Source: a bacterium
Lineage (GTDB): Bacteria; Patescibacteriota; Doudnabacteria; UBA920
Direction: 5' to 3'
Assembly (NCBI GenBank): GCA_016699995.1
Contig: CP064996.1
Span: forward strand, 202,357 to 266,356
Length of the DNA stretch: 64,000 bases
The position numbers and the translations under genes are program-made. The notes beneath the pieces were generated by a model. That model saw only the letters and a list, made by a program, of their open reading frames with translations, did no database searches and was not told where the DNA came from. Positions 9,537 to 19,053 of the stretch are shown piece after piece. Numbering within the stretch: the stretch's first letter is position 1; the number at the start of each line of letters is the position of its first letter.

Positions 9537-9929
9537 ATGAAAGGTTACATTCAAAACATAGAAAAATTATCCTTAGAAAATACAGATTTTCGACGGGTTT
9601 TGTATACAGCAAAGCATAGCCAGCTGGTTTTGATGTGCATTCAGCCTGGAGATGAAATTGGCCAGGAGACTCACCATTTGGATCAGTTTATCCGCATCGA
9701 AGCCGGAAATGGGAAAGCTATTTTGGATGATGTAGAGACAGCGCTAGAAGACGGTTTTGCTGTGGTGATTCCAGCCGGCACCAAGCATAACATAATTAAC
9801 ACCGGTTTAGAGCCGCTCAAGCTTTACACTGTTTATTCTCCGCCGGAACATAAGGATCAGGTTGTGCGTGCCACCAAGGCGGACGCAATGGCTAACGAAG
9901 AGCACTTTGACGGTCAGACTACAGAATAA
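9537..9929 (+). CDS. Cupin-domain protein
   Basis: 130 aa; double-stranded beta-helix pattern with His-containing motifs (THHLDQFIRIEAGNG ... PAGTKHNIIN). Confidence 0.55.
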   Translation: MKGYIQNIEKLSLENTDFRRVLYTAKHSQLVLMCIQPGDEIGQETHHLDQFIRIEAGNGKAILDDVETALEDGFAVVIPAGTKHNIINTGLEPLKLYTVYSPPEHKDQVVRATKADAMANEEHFDGQTTE

Positions 9930-9958
9930 CTATTTTCATAAAACCAAAATAAAAATTA

Positions 9959-11113
9959 ATGCACTCACATTTTCACCTACACCTACCGCACTATTTTGCC
10001 TCTAAGGTACGCAAGGAAGTAGAGCATCTTTATGCTTCCACAGCAGTGGGCAACTTGGCTCAAGCAATCATAGCATTGTTTGAACCGATTTTTTTGTATG
10101 TGGTGTTGGGATTGAGCATAACAGAAGTTCTGTTGTTTGCGGCCGTGGTTTACGGGCTTTACATCGTACTGATACCTTTTGGAGCAAAGATTGCTGCTAG
10201 ATTCGGCTATGCCCATTCAATCTTGCTTAGTATTCCATTCCAGATTCTGCTGTGGATGTCCCTCATAGGTTCGCAATATTATTTTGAATTGATATATATC
10301 GCACCAGTTTTATTTGCGCTACAAAAAATATTTTTCTGGCCGGCTTGGCATGCAACACTCGCTCGGTTTGCCCATGGAAAACAGGTTGCGCGCGAATTTA
10401 GCGCAATGTACGCAATCATGAATCTTGTGCAAATTATGGGCCCAATGATCGGTGGCTTTTTGACAATGTTTTTTGGGGTGAACTCGGTGTTTCTTATTGG
10501 TTCGCTAATCTACGCATGCTCTGCCATTCCTTTGCTTCTATCAAAGGAAATTTTTGTCCCTAAGCCGTACCGCTATCGCGATACATGGGAATTGGTCAAA
10601 AAATACCCCGTTAGGTTTGCAGGGTACCTCGGTTTTGGAGAAGAGTTGCTGGTCATGATTATATGGCCGATATTTATTTACATGATCGTCAAGGATTATC
10701 AGAATTTGGGTTCGTTGGTAACCATCGCAAGCTTGGCTGCCACCGGACTGGCTCTGCTTATCGGTATTTATTCCGATAAATACGGTAAGAAAAAAATTCT
10801 GCAGATTGGAGGATTCTTCTATGTGCTTTCCTGGTTAGCACGTATTCCTGTGATTAGTCCTTTCGGAGTATTTATCACAGATGCCATTTCTAGGACCGCC
10901 AAGAGTTTGGTATTTATTCCTGTCACAGCTATGACGTATGAGCGTGCCGAAACTACTCACATCATGCCCTATGTCGTGGGAATGGAGCAGCTTTTATGTG
11001 TTGGAAAATTTTTAGCTGCGGTGATGGGTATTGTTGTTTTCGCTGCAACCGGCAGCTTTATTGCGCTATTTATTTTGGCGGCCGTCTTTAGTTTATTCTA
11101 TTTTTTGATATAA
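9959..11113 (+). CDS. MFS-type membrane transporter (about 12 TM)
   Basis: 384 aa, polytopic; MFS-like loop motif PFGAKIAARFGY between TM2 and TM3. Confidence 0.5.
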   Translation: MHSHFHLHLPHYFASKVRKEVEHLYASTAVGNLAQAIIALFEPIFLYVVLGLSITEVLLFAAVVYGLYIVLIPFGAKIAARFGYAHSILLSIPFQILLWMSLIGSQYYFELIYIAPVLFALQKIFFWPAWHATLARFAHGKQVAREFSAMYAIMNLVQIMGPMIGGFLTMFFGVNSVFLIGSLIYACSAIPLLLSKEIFVPKPYRYRDTWELVKKYPVRFAGYLGFGEELLVMIIWPIFIYMIVKDYQNLGSLVTIASLAATGLALLIGIYSDKYGKKKILQIGGFFYVLSWLARIPVISPFGVFITDAISRTAKSLVFIPVTAMTYERAETTHIMPYVVGMEQLLCVGKFLAAVMGIVVFAATGSFIALFILAAVFSLFYFLI

Positions 11114-11120
11114 TTCGTTA

Positions 11121-12377
11121 ATGAATTACAATAATCTACTACAATCCGACCCTCAAATAAGCGAGATTTTACAGGTAGAACAGCAGCGCCAGAGTGAGGG
11201 GGTAGAATTGATTCCATCCGAAAATTATGTTTCGAAGGCAGTGCTTGAAGCTTTGGGAACGGTTTTTACTAATAAATATAGCGAAGGTTATCCTGGTAAT
11301 CGCTATTACGGCGGTCAGGAGAATATCGATAAGATAGAACAGCTGGCAATAGAGCGAGCGAAACAATTATTTAAAGCTGAACATGCTAATGTGCAGCCTC
11401 ATAGCGGTGCCCCAGCAAATGCCGCGGTCTATTTGGCGATCTTAAAACCAGGGGACACAGTTCTTGCAATGGATCTTTCTCACGGTGGGCATTTAACCCA
11501 TGGCCATCCGGTAACGCAAAGTGCCCAGTTTTATAACTTTGTTCATTACAAAATGAAAGATGTCGAAACGGGTGAATTAGATTATGAACAAATCCGCGAG
11601 TTGGCTTTGGAGCATAAACCAAAAATTTTACTGGCCGGCTTTTCTAGTTATCCGCGTGACATTGATTACGCTAAAATGAAAGCCATTGCAGATGAAGCGG
11701 GTAGCGTAACTATGATGGACGCTTCGCATATCGCCGGATTAGTCGCAACAGGAGAATTAGATAACCCGTTTGATTTTGGGTTCGACATTATTACTACTAC
11801 CACGCATAAAACTTTGCGCGGCCCGCGTGGCGGGTTAATTTTGTGCCGCGGTGAGTTTGCGGCTGCCATTGATAAAGCGGTTTTCCCTGGGTTGCAGGGC
11901 GGGCCGCATATGAATACGATCGCGGCCAAAGCGGTTGCCTTTGGCGAAGCTCTTCAGTCGGAGTTTAAGGAGTACGCCAAACAGATTCTGAAAAATGCCC
12001 AGGCAATGGCTCAAGCGTTTTTGGATCAAGACGTGAAGTTAATTACCGGCGGCACCAGCAACCACTTGATGCTAATCGATACTGTTAAGAATTTTAATTT
12101 GTCCGGTAAAGAGTCTCAAGACTTACTAGATGCAGTAGGAATTACGGTAAATAAAAATGTACTGCCAGAAGACCCTCGTGGCCCTCAAGATCCAAGCGGG
12201 ATCCGCCTTGGCACACCAGCCATTACAACCCGCGGAGCTAAAGAAGCGGATATGATAAAGATTGCTAGCTGGATTATACAAATTTTAAGCAATCCGCAGG
12301 ATTCTTCATTAAAAGAAAAAATTAAACAGGAAGTTAAAAAGTTCAGCTTAGGACTCTCGGGAAATATTAAGACATGA
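11121..12377 (+). CDS. glyA: Serine hydroxymethyltransferase
   Basis: 418 aa; SHMT signature blocks including TTTTHKTLRGPRGG (PLP-lysine region). Confidence 0.95.
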   Translation: MNYNNLLQSDPQISEILQVEQQRQSEGVELIPSENYVSKAVLEALGTVFTNKYSEGYPGNRYYGGQENIDKIEQLAIERAKQLFKAEHANVQPHSGAPANAAVYLAILKPGDTVLAMDLSHGGHLTHGHPVTQSAQFYNFVHYKMKDVETGELDYEQIRELALEHKPKILLAGFSSYPRDIDYAKMKAIADEAGSVTMMDASHIAGLVATGELDNPFDFGFDIITTTTHKTLRGPRGGLILCRGEFAAAIDKAVFPGLQGGPHMNTIAAKAVAFGEALQSEFKEYAKQILKNAQAMAQAFLDQDVKLITGGTSNHLMLIDTVKNFNLSGKESQDLLDAVGITVNKNVLPEDPRGPQDPSGIRLGTPAITTRGAKEADMIKIASWIIQILSNPQDSSLKEKIKQEVKKFSLGLSGNIKT

Positions 12378-12580
12378 AAATACAAAAAATCCTTATTATA
12401 CTATTACTCGCACTTATTACTGGCGCTATTGGATCGTATATTGTATTTCCAAAGAATCAGTGGGGGGAGAAAATGTGTTATTTGGTTTATGCTCCAATAA
12501 AGGCACATCATCCAGTATTATTTTTTATCGAGGATACGTTTGACAACGAATGTTTAATTCCGAGAGGTTGGAGAGTGTAG
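12374..12580 (+). CDS. small hypothetical membrane protein
   Basis: 68 aa; start overlaps the glyA stop (ATGA); N-terminal TM helix. Confidence 0.3.
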   Translation: MKIQKILIILLLALITGAIGSYIVFPKNQWGEKMCYLVYAPIKAHHPVLFFIEDTFDNECLIPRGWRV

Positions 12581-12581
12581 T

Positions 12582-13391
12582 ATGGAACTATTTCAAGCAT
12601 TTATTTTAGGGATGGTGCAGGGGCTAGGCGAGTTTTTGCCTATCTCTTCTTCGGCGCATTTAGTTTTGGCTCCATGGGTTTTTGGCTGGCCAGACCAAGG
12701 ATTAGCTTTTGATATCGCCTTGCACTGGGGCACATTGGTAGCAGTTGTGGCTTATTTCCGCAAAGATATTTGGCATCTAGCCAAAGGGTTTTTTCATTCA
12801 TTTTTTAAAACCACCCGCGACTTCGAAAATAATATCTACCAAAAATTGAGTTGGTTTTTACTACTTGCTACTATTCCGGCGGCTATTTTTGGAAAGCTGT
12901 TGGAAAGCAGGGTGGAAACTACATTCCGCAATCCACTGTTGATTGCTGTCACTCTTTCGGTGGTCGGCATAATTTTATATCTGGCAGATAGGTATGGGGC
13001 GAAGCTTAAGAGTCTTGCGCATATTACTTGGATCAATAGCTTGCTAATTGGTATTGGTCAGGCCGTTGCGGTAATCCCGGGAATTTCTAGAAGTGGAGCA
13101 ACAATGATTGCCGGTCTAGCTCAGGGACTTAAGAGAGAGGATGCAGCGAAGTTTAGTTTTTTAATGTCCATCCCGATTATCTTGGGAGCTGGGGTGCTTA
13201 AATTACCAGACATCGCGGAAATTCCTAATCATACTCAGGTTGCGGTGGGCTTTTTGTCTAGTGCAGTATTTGGGTTTTTGGCGATCAAATACATGCTTAA
13301 ATACATAGCGAAGAGGTCATTTACCGTATTTGCAATATACCGTTTAGCATTGGCAGCGATAATATTTATTCTGTACTTCATCCGCACATGA
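12582..13391 (+). CDS. uppP: Undecaprenyl-diphosphatase (BacA)
   Basis: 269 aa; LPISSSAHL motif, 8-TM architecture, conserved second motif region. Confidence 0.9.
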   Translation: MELFQAFILGMVQGLGEFLPISSSAHLVLAPWVFGWPDQGLAFDIALHWGTLVAVVAYFRKDIWHLAKGFFHSFFKTTRDFENNIYQKLSWFLLLATIPAAIFGKLLESRVETTFRNPLLIAVTLSVVGIILYLADRYGAKLKSLAHITWINSLLIGIGQAVAVIPGISRSGATMIAGLAQGLKREDAAKFSFLMSIPIILGAGVLKLPDIAEIPNHTQVAVGFLSSAVFGFLAIKYMLKYIAKRSFTVFAIYRLALAAIIFILYFIRT

Positions 13392-13903
13392 CTTTAGCAA
13401 CCGAACGTAATTATAAAAACTGGCAGGCTCGCTTGCAGAAAGGTAGCTGGTATAAGTACTGGTGGCAATTTTGGAGCAACTACTCTTGGTTAACCATTGT
13501 ACCAATTTTTGCTTATATATACTTTTACTTCGCAGATGAAAATTTTGTTATCGAAATTATCATCGCTTTCTTCTTATCCAGGATAATTTTGGTTCCAATA
13601 ATTTCTAAATTGTATCCCAGTGCGCGACCGTACCAGCAGTATAAATTCGAACCAATTGCTTCTGTGTTTCTATCGCGCCGGACGGATTCGCTCAATTCTT
13701 TTCCTTCCAGCCATGTAATTTCTATCATGGCAACCAGCGGGGTGATGATGTTAACACATCCATTGCTTGGCTCTTTGCTGTTTGGAATCGGCCTCATGAC
13801 TGGACTCGGACGCATTGTACTGAGTTTTCATTATCCTAGAGATGTGTTTTTCTCGACTATTTCTGGCTTAATTATAGGTATTATTGTCAGTGTTGTAGTT
13901 TAG
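13388..13903 (+). CDS. PAP2-superfamily phosphatase
   Basis: 171 aa membrane protein with PSSH and SFHYPRDV acid-phosphatase motifs. Confidence 0.6.
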   Translation: MTLATERNYKNWQARLQKGSWYKYWWQFWSNYSWLTIVPIFAYIYFYFADENFVIEIIIAFFLSRIILVPIISKLYPSARPYQQYKFEPIASVFLSRRTDSLNSFPSSHVISIMATSGVMMLTHPLLGSLLFGIGLMTGLGRIVLSFHYPRDVFFSTISGLIIGIIVSVVV

Positions 13904-13974
13904 GTGCCGATTGCGTGAAACCAGTACTTTTGGTAATATTACAGAGTTATTTGAAATCAAATAGTATTCTTTAT

Positions 13975-14059
13975 GGCCGAGTGGCGGAACTGGCAGACGC
14001 GCACGACTCAAAATCGTGTATCTTCGGGTGTGAGGGTTCGACTCCCTCCTCGGCCACCA
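13975..14059 (+). tRNA. tRNA-Leu (anticodon CAA), class II with long variable arm, CCA encoded
   Basis: Acceptor stem GGCCGAG/CTCGGCC; anticodon stem CACGA/TCGTG with loop CTCAAAA (U33, CAA); long variable arm; T-arm GAGGG-TTCGACT-CCCTC; 3' ACCA. Confidence 0.85.
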
Positions 14060-14065
14060 TAAATT

Positions 14066-15223
14066 ATGGACCCAATTTATCCAGTTAATAACAACCCTAA
14101 TAATAATTCGCAAGGCACCCAGTTGCCGGGCGATGATTCTGTTTCCGAACAGAATTTTTTTGATTATGAAGAGCCTGCTGCATCACCGGTTCCGCAACCC
14201 ATAGCAGAAACAGATTTCCCTCAGACTCCAGCTTATAATCCGACGCCAAGCTTTCAGCCTGAGCCGCAGCATTCGCAAGAGCCGGATCCTGCGCACCAAC
14301 CTCCGTCTGCGACGGAACCTATTTCCGAAATTGAAGCTTTTGATGAGTTCAGCGCTCCTGCCCCGAGCGAACCTGTAAACTTGGAACCTTCCGAAAAAGT
14401 CTCTTATGCAGACAGTGTGATTGAGGAAATCGAAGTCTCTAAAATTGTCGCTAACCCATACCAGCCCCGCAAAATTTTTCGCGAAGAAGCTTTAAAAGAA
14501 TTGGCAGAGTCAATTAAAGAACACGGAGTTATTCAGCCAGTCGTTGTCACTCAGACCGCCGCCGGATACGAGTTGGTGGTGGGTGAGCGCCGCTTCCGTG
14601 CTTCTCAGCTTGCCGGCTTAACCAAGGTTCCTGCGATTGTTAAGTCTACGCTTCAGGATCAAACTAAGCTCGAAGTGGCCTTAATCGAAAATATTCAGCG
14701 CCAGGAATTGAATCCTATCGAAGAAGCTCAGGCATACCAGCGCTTGATGGAAAAATTTAATTTGAATCAGGCCGAAGTAGCAGCGAAAATGGGTAAGTCC
14801 CGCTCTGCAGTCGCCAACACCTTGCGCTTATTAAACTTGCCCGCAGAAATTCAGCGCGGCATTATCGAAGGAAAAATTTACGAAGGCCATGGTCGGGCTA
14901 TTTTAACTTTGCCGGATATGGAAAAGCAGCTGCTTATGTATAAGCAGATCATTGAGCAAGGGATGAACGTTCGGCAGGTCGAAGCTCGGGTGCGCGAGTT
15001 TGCGCGCCGTAAAAAGATGGATTCGGCGATGCCTGATCCAAAGCTAATGGCCATCGAAACTAAGCTGCGCGGCAAGTTTGGCACGCAGGTAAAAGTTTCT
15101 CGCCAAGGCCGCGGCGGTAAAATTACTATCGAATTTTTTTCTGACGAAGATTTGGACGATATTGTCAAGCGCATCGAGGAAGAAAAGGGCAACGAGCCTG
15201 CAGAAGGTTATTTCACCGTTTAA
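14066..15223 (+). CDS. parB: ParB/Spo0J-like partition protein with a ~130-aa Pro-rich N-terminal extension
   Basis: 385 aa; ParB box region GERRFRA and HTH block; N-terminus is PxP-rich low complexity. Confidence 0.8.
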   Translation: MDPIYPVNNNPNNNSQGTQLPGDDSVSEQNFFDYEEPAASPVPQPIAETDFPQTPAYNPTPSFQPEPQHSQEPDPAHQPPSATEPISEIEAFDEFSAPAPSEPVNLEPSEKVSYADSVIEEIEVSKIVANPYQPRKIFREEALKELAESIKEHGVIQPVVVTQTAAGYELVVGERRFRASQLAGLTKVPAIVKSTLQDQTKLEVALIENIQRQELNPIEEAQAYQRLMEKFNLNQAEVAAKMGKSRSAVANTLRLLNLPAEIQRGIIEGKIYEGHGRAILTLPDMEKQLLMYKQIIEQGMNVRQVEARVREFARRKKMDSAMPDPKLMAIETKLRGKFGTQVKVSRQGRGGKITIEFFSDEDLDDIVKRIEEEKGNEPAEGYFTV

Positions 15224-15238
15224 TTTTAAAAATTATTC

Positions 15239-15312
15239 CGGGCTGTAGTATACCGGTAGTACGCGCCCATGGGGTGGGTGTAGACCGAGTTCGATTCTCG
15301 GCAGCCCGACCA
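15239..15312 (+). tRNA. tRNA-Pro (anticodon GGG), CCA encoded
   Basis: Acceptor CGGGCTG/CAGCCCG; D-stem GTAT/GTAC; anticodon stem CGCCC/GGGTG with loop ATGGGGT (U33, GGG, G37); T-arm CCGAG-TTCGATT-CTCGG; discriminator A plus CCA. Confidence 0.7.
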
Positions 15313-15385
15313 AAGTTAGGAGCTTTATTGACCGCCATGAGGCGGTTTTTGATTTGGTGGTATAATTACGGCATATAAGCAGTGA

Positions 15386-15817
15386 ATGATGCAGCAAATA
15401 TTTTTTAAAAAATTAAATGGAAAGGCGGTATTGCCGACCCGGGGCAGTGCGCATGCTGCCGGGCTAGACCTGTATTCCACAGAAGACGTGGTTATTCCTG
15501 CTCGTAGCAGAAAGGGCATTCCCACAGGCGTAGCGGTATCTATTCCCGAAGGCTATTATGGCCGTATCGCGCCGCGATCTGGCTTAGCTGCTAAGTTCGG
15601 CATAGATACTTTGGCCGGAGTCGTCGACCAGGATTATCGCGGCGAGTTAATTTGCATACTGGCCAATCACACCGACCAAGATTTTGAGGTTAAAGTTGGC
15701 GACAGGGTGGCGCAATTTATTATCGAAGCTATTGCTTTGCCTCAACCGATATTTGTAGATGAGTTGCCAGATACCGAACGCGGCAGCGGCGGTTTTGGAA
15801 GCACAGGACATAATTAA
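15386..15817 (+). CDS. dut: dUTP diphosphatase
   Basis: 143 aa; trimeric dUTPase motifs (AGLDL, GRIAPRSGLA, GVVDQDYRGE, RGSGGFGSTG). Confidence 0.9.
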   Translation: MMQQIFFKKLNGKAVLPTRGSAHAAGLDLYSTEDVVIPARSRKGIPTGVAVSIPEGYYGRIAPRSGLAAKFGIDTLAGVVDQDYRGELICILANHTDQDFEVKVGDRVAQFIIEAIALPQPIFVDELPDTERGSGGFGSTGHN

Positions 15818-15823
15818 ACAAAA

Positions 15824-16324
15824 ATGAACAAGAAGAATAACAGCTTAATAATTCGCAACTTTACTTTCGGAGTGGAGGATAGCTTGGTATCGACCGTTGG
15901 TTTGCTGGCCGGAATCGCAATCGCGGGCATGAGCAAAGAAAATATTTTACTTACCGGTTTTGTTTTGATTTTTGTCGAAGCATTTTCGATGGCAATCGGC
16001 AGTCTGCTATCTGAACAATCCGTAGAGGAATACGAAGGTCACAAAGAAGTGTCTTTAACCAAGCCGTTGTTTGCGGCTGTAATTATGTTTTTCTCGTATG
16101 TTTTTGCCGGGCTCATTCCTTTAGCGCCCTATTTCCATTTTGGGGGAAATCAAAGCGTAATTTTTTCTGTCGCGTTAACTTTAGTTTCTTTATTCCTCCT
16201 TGGGGTGTTTAATGCCAAACTTACCCATGTCCGAGCATGGAGAGATGGCTTATTTACGTTATTTATGGGCGGCATAGCAATCTTGGTCGGTATCACGGTT
16301 GGGCAGATTGCTGAAAAGTTTTAG
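15824..16324 (+). CDS. VIT1/CCC1-family membrane protein
   Basis: 166 aa; G-x-(E/D)-S-L-V-S-T-V-G-L-L-A-G block resembles the VIT GxDGLVS signature; multiple TM helices. Confidence 0.5.
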   Translation: MNKKNNSLIIRNFTFGVEDSLVSTVGLLAGIAIAGMSKENILLTGFVLIFVEAFSMAIGSLLSEQSVEEYEGHKEVSLTKPLFAAVIMFFSYVFAGLIPLAPYFHFGGNQSVIFSVALTLVSLFLLGVFNAKLTHVRAWRDGLFTLFMGGIAILVGITVGQIAEKF

Positions 16325-16340
16325 CTACCGATCTACCTTT

Positions 16341-18098
16341 ATGCAAAAGAAAATGAAATTCCTTAAATTGACTTTTACCATATTTTTGTCTGCAATTTTC
16401 ATTTTCCCTTTTACTGCGCTGGCTCAGGGACAGGATAGTAGTGCTTTGGATGCTATCTACACCGAGGAAGTAAATAATTTGGAAGTGACCATAATAACAG
16501 ACTCCGAAGGAATTTATGTAAAGGAGCGAATTGAGTATGATTTTGGCTCACAGGAGCGCCATGGAATTTTTAGAAATATCCCATATAAGTATAAGAACAA
16601 TTTGGGCAAATTCAATTTACGGATTGAAGATATTACTGTTAAGCGGAACGGCGAAAATGAACCCGTGTCGATTTCTAGAAGCGGCGGGGAAGTTAAGTTA
16701 AAAATAGGCGATTCGGAAAAAACCATAACCGGCAAACATGTTTATGATATTGCCTATAGTGTGAAAAGGGCAATCAATTTCTTCGCCGATCATGATGAGT
16801 TATACTGGAACGCTATTGGTACAGGTTGGACTGCACCAATAGTGCGGAGTTCGGTTTTAATAGTCAGTCCAGCGCAGATTACAAAAGTACAATGCTTCAC
16901 CGGTTCGCTTAACTCTCAGGAAAGTAACTGTACTAAAACAGGTGAAAATACTACTCAGCCTCAATTAACAAACAATGAGGTGCTATACCCTGGGGAAGGA
17001 TTCACTGTGGTGATCGCTTTTCCGGTAGGTGCGTTTGCAAAGCCAACTGCTCCTCAAAAAATTATGGACATTGTTCGAGATAACGGTGTTGTGGTTTTAC
17101 CTATACTGGTTTTTATAATAATGTTTTGGTTATGGAGAAAGTTTGGCAAAGATGCCAAGGGTCGTGGCGTAATTGTGCCTCAATATGACCCTCCGCAAAA
17201 TTTAACTCCTCTGTATATGGGAACTCTGGTGGATGGCAGATTGGATAATCGGGATTTTGCTGCAGAATTAATATATCTGGCTACTCACGGCTACATTAAG
17301 ATCGAGAGAATAGAAACGAAAAAGTTTTTATGGCTCAAGGGTAAAAATTATGAGTTTACTAAGCTGAAGGAAGCAGGCTCTTCGCTGCCGGAATCAACCC
17401 GTTCTCTTTTCTCTTCCATTTTTGCCAATGAAACTACCAAAAACAAGGTGCTAGTATCGGAGCTTAGGGACAATGCATTATTCTCGTCTTACGTTAGATC
17501 GGCCCCAAATGATGTGTTTAAGGAATTAAAAACCGCCGGGTATTATAAGTACAATCCTGTATTGCTTAAGGGTATTTTTATAGCCTTAGGTTTTGGATTT
17601 GCTATGTTTAGTACGTTTGTGTTGATGGCGACGTTCGGTTTGCTAGGTTTGTTTAGCGGGATTGCTTCGGGAATCATTATAATCGTCTTTGGGTTCTTAA
17701 TGCCAGCTCGCACAGTTAAGGGAGCAGAAGAGCGGGAATACATCTTAGGACTTAAACATTATATGAATGTTGCCGAAAAGGACCGTTTAGAGTTTCATAA
17801 TGCCCCAGAAAAAAATCCAGAAAGATTTGAACTGCTGTTGCCCTTTGCCGTAGCTCTTGGAGTGGAGAAGCGGTGGGCGAAGCAGTTTGAAGGAATTTAT
17901 ACATCTCAACCAAGCTGGTACAGCGATTCCACTGGAGCCGGTTTTAATGCGGCTGTATTATCCAGCTCTATCGGCGATTTTTCTTCTTCCATGCAATCAG
18001 CGGTTTCTTCTGTAACTACATCTGCTAGCGGCGGTAGCGGCTTTTCTGGCGGAGGTGTTGGCGGTGGCGGAGGCGGCGGAGGCGGCGGAAGCTGGTAG
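16341..18098 (+). CDS. DUF2207-family membrane protein with Gly-rich C-terminal tail
   Basis: The table ORF begins at 16299, overlapping the upstream gene. The ATG at 16341 (MQKKMKFLKL...) gives a signal/TM segment, a central TM cluster and a GGSGFSGGGVGG(G)nSW tail typical of DUF2207. Confidence 0.7.
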   Translation: MQKKMKFLKLTFTIFLSAIFIFPFTALAQGQDSSALDAIYTEEVNNLEVTIITDSEGIYVKERIEYDFGSQERHGIFRNIPYKYKNNLGKFNLRIEDITVKRNGENEPVSISRSGGEVKLKIGDSEKTITGKHVYDIAYSVKRAINFFADHDELYWNAIGTGWTAPIVRSSVLIVSPAQITKVQCFTGSLNSQESNCTKTGENTTQPQLTNNEVLYPGEGFTVVIAFPVGAFAKPTAPQKIMDIVRDNGVVVLPILVFIIMFWLWRKFGKDAKGRGVIVPQYDPPQNLTPLYMGTLVDGRLDNRDFAAELIYLATHGYIKIERIETKKFLWLKGKNYEFTKLKEAGSSLPESTRSLFSSIFANETTKNKVLVSELRDNALFSSYVRSAPNDVFKELKTAGYYKYNPVLLKGIFIALGFGFAMFSTFVLMATFGLLGLFSGIASGIIIIVFGFLMPARTVKGAEEREYILGLKHYMNVAEKDRLEFHNAPEKNPERFELLLPFAVALGVEKRWAKQFEGIYTSQPSWYSDSTGAGFNAAVLSSSIGDFSSSMQSAVSSVTTSASGGSGFSGGGVGGGGGGGGGGSW

Positions 18099-18112
18099 TT
18101 AAAAAGGTAAAT

Positions 18113-18136
18113 AAAAAACACCACGTATGGTGTTTA
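18113..18136. terminator. weak bidirectional hairpin terminator
   Basis: acacc-acgtat-ggtgt stem-loop flanked by an A-run and a T-run between convergent genes. Confidence 0.35.
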
Positions 18137-18367
18137 GAGATAAAAGTGCCGTTCTAGGATGTCATTCCTTTTGCGTTCTTGTTGGTCAGAAATCGATTGT
18201 TGCTTTGCTCGTTCTTCTTCGCACTTCGCTATATGATCTTTGGCTAACCAGTTAAGGATGCGTTCTTGTCCGCAAATCGGACAGTTTGTACAGCACGGAC
18301 CGTGCTTATGTTCGAAATCCTTTTCGACAGTGTGACAGCGACAGTTGCATATAGTTACATCGGCCAT
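18134..18367 (-). CDS. small Cys-rich (zinc-ribbon-like) protein
   Basis: 77 aa; Cys pattern C7-x-C9-x-C11 ... CC-x2-C-x2-C; basic C-terminus. Confidence 0.4.
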   Translation of the reverse strand: MADVTICNCRCHTVEKDFEHKHGPCCTNCPICGQERILNWLAKDHIAKCEEERAKQQSISDQQERKRNDILERHFYL

Positions 18368-18423
18368 AACTTCCTCCTATTTGGCTCTAAATTGCTTATA
18401 ATAGTATACTTATATTATAGATT

Positions 18424-19053
18424 ATGCAAGTTACTAAATTTAGCCATTCCTGCATATTGATAGATGATGGTCAGACAAAGCTGTTGTTTGATCCTGGTTT
18501 GTATGGTGGAGTGCCGCAAGATTTGACTGTCGATGCAATCGTGATAACTCATGTGCACCAGGATCACGTTGATATTGATGTGCTTAAACCATTGCTCGCA
18601 AATAACCCTCGAATAATTACTAACTTCGAAGTAAAAGCCGAACTCGACAAACATGACATTGCCTGCGAGATTGTAGAAGAAGGTAGTACTGTGAGCGTAG
18701 GCTCTTATACTTTAGAAGCTTTTGGCAACGAGCATGCTGTTATGCATCCTGAACTGCCTAAATTCCAGAATACTGGCTATCTAATTAACGACTCAATTTT
18801 TCATCCCGGCGACGCGTTGCTAGTACCTAGTAAACCCGTAAAGACATTGCTTTTGCCGGTGGCTGCGCCATGGAGCAAAGTAGAGGAAACTTTAGACTAC
18901 ATTACCAAGATCCAGGCCGACATAAATTTTCCTATCCATGACGGTTTTATAAGGGGCGGCGGCGGAGCTTTTTACCGCTTTGCCAAAATGTGGTGCGAAA
19001 AATTGAATGTTCAATTTATAGATCCGGAATTAGGGAAAGCTTATGAAATTTAA
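18424..19053 (+). CDS. MBL-fold metallo-hydrolase
   Basis: 209 aa; HxHxDH motif (ITHVHQDHVD). Confidence 0.75.
   Translation: MQVTKFSHSCILIDDGQTKLLFDPGLYGGVPQDLTVDAIVITHVHQDHVDIDVLKPLLANNPRIITNFEVKAELDKHDIACEIVEEGSTVSVGSYTLEAFGNEHAVMHPELPKFQNTGYLINDSIFHPGDALLVPSKPVKTLLLPVAAPWSKVEETLDYITKIQADINFPIHDGFIRGGGGAFYRFAKMWCEKLNVQFIDPELGKAYEI

Noticed and set aside
14066-14460. Pro-rich N-terminal region of parB as a separate gene
   Set aside because: It is in-frame and continuous with the ParB core with no internal RBS or start preference; treated as an N-terminal extension.
15239-15312. Initial reading of the second tRNA as tRNA-Met because of a CAT triplet
   Set aside because: The only 5-bp anticodon stem that forms (CGCCC/GGGTG) places GGG at positions 34-36 with U33 and G37, so the tRNA reads CCC codons (Pro). 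CAT cannot be placed in a 7-nt loop with a stable stem.
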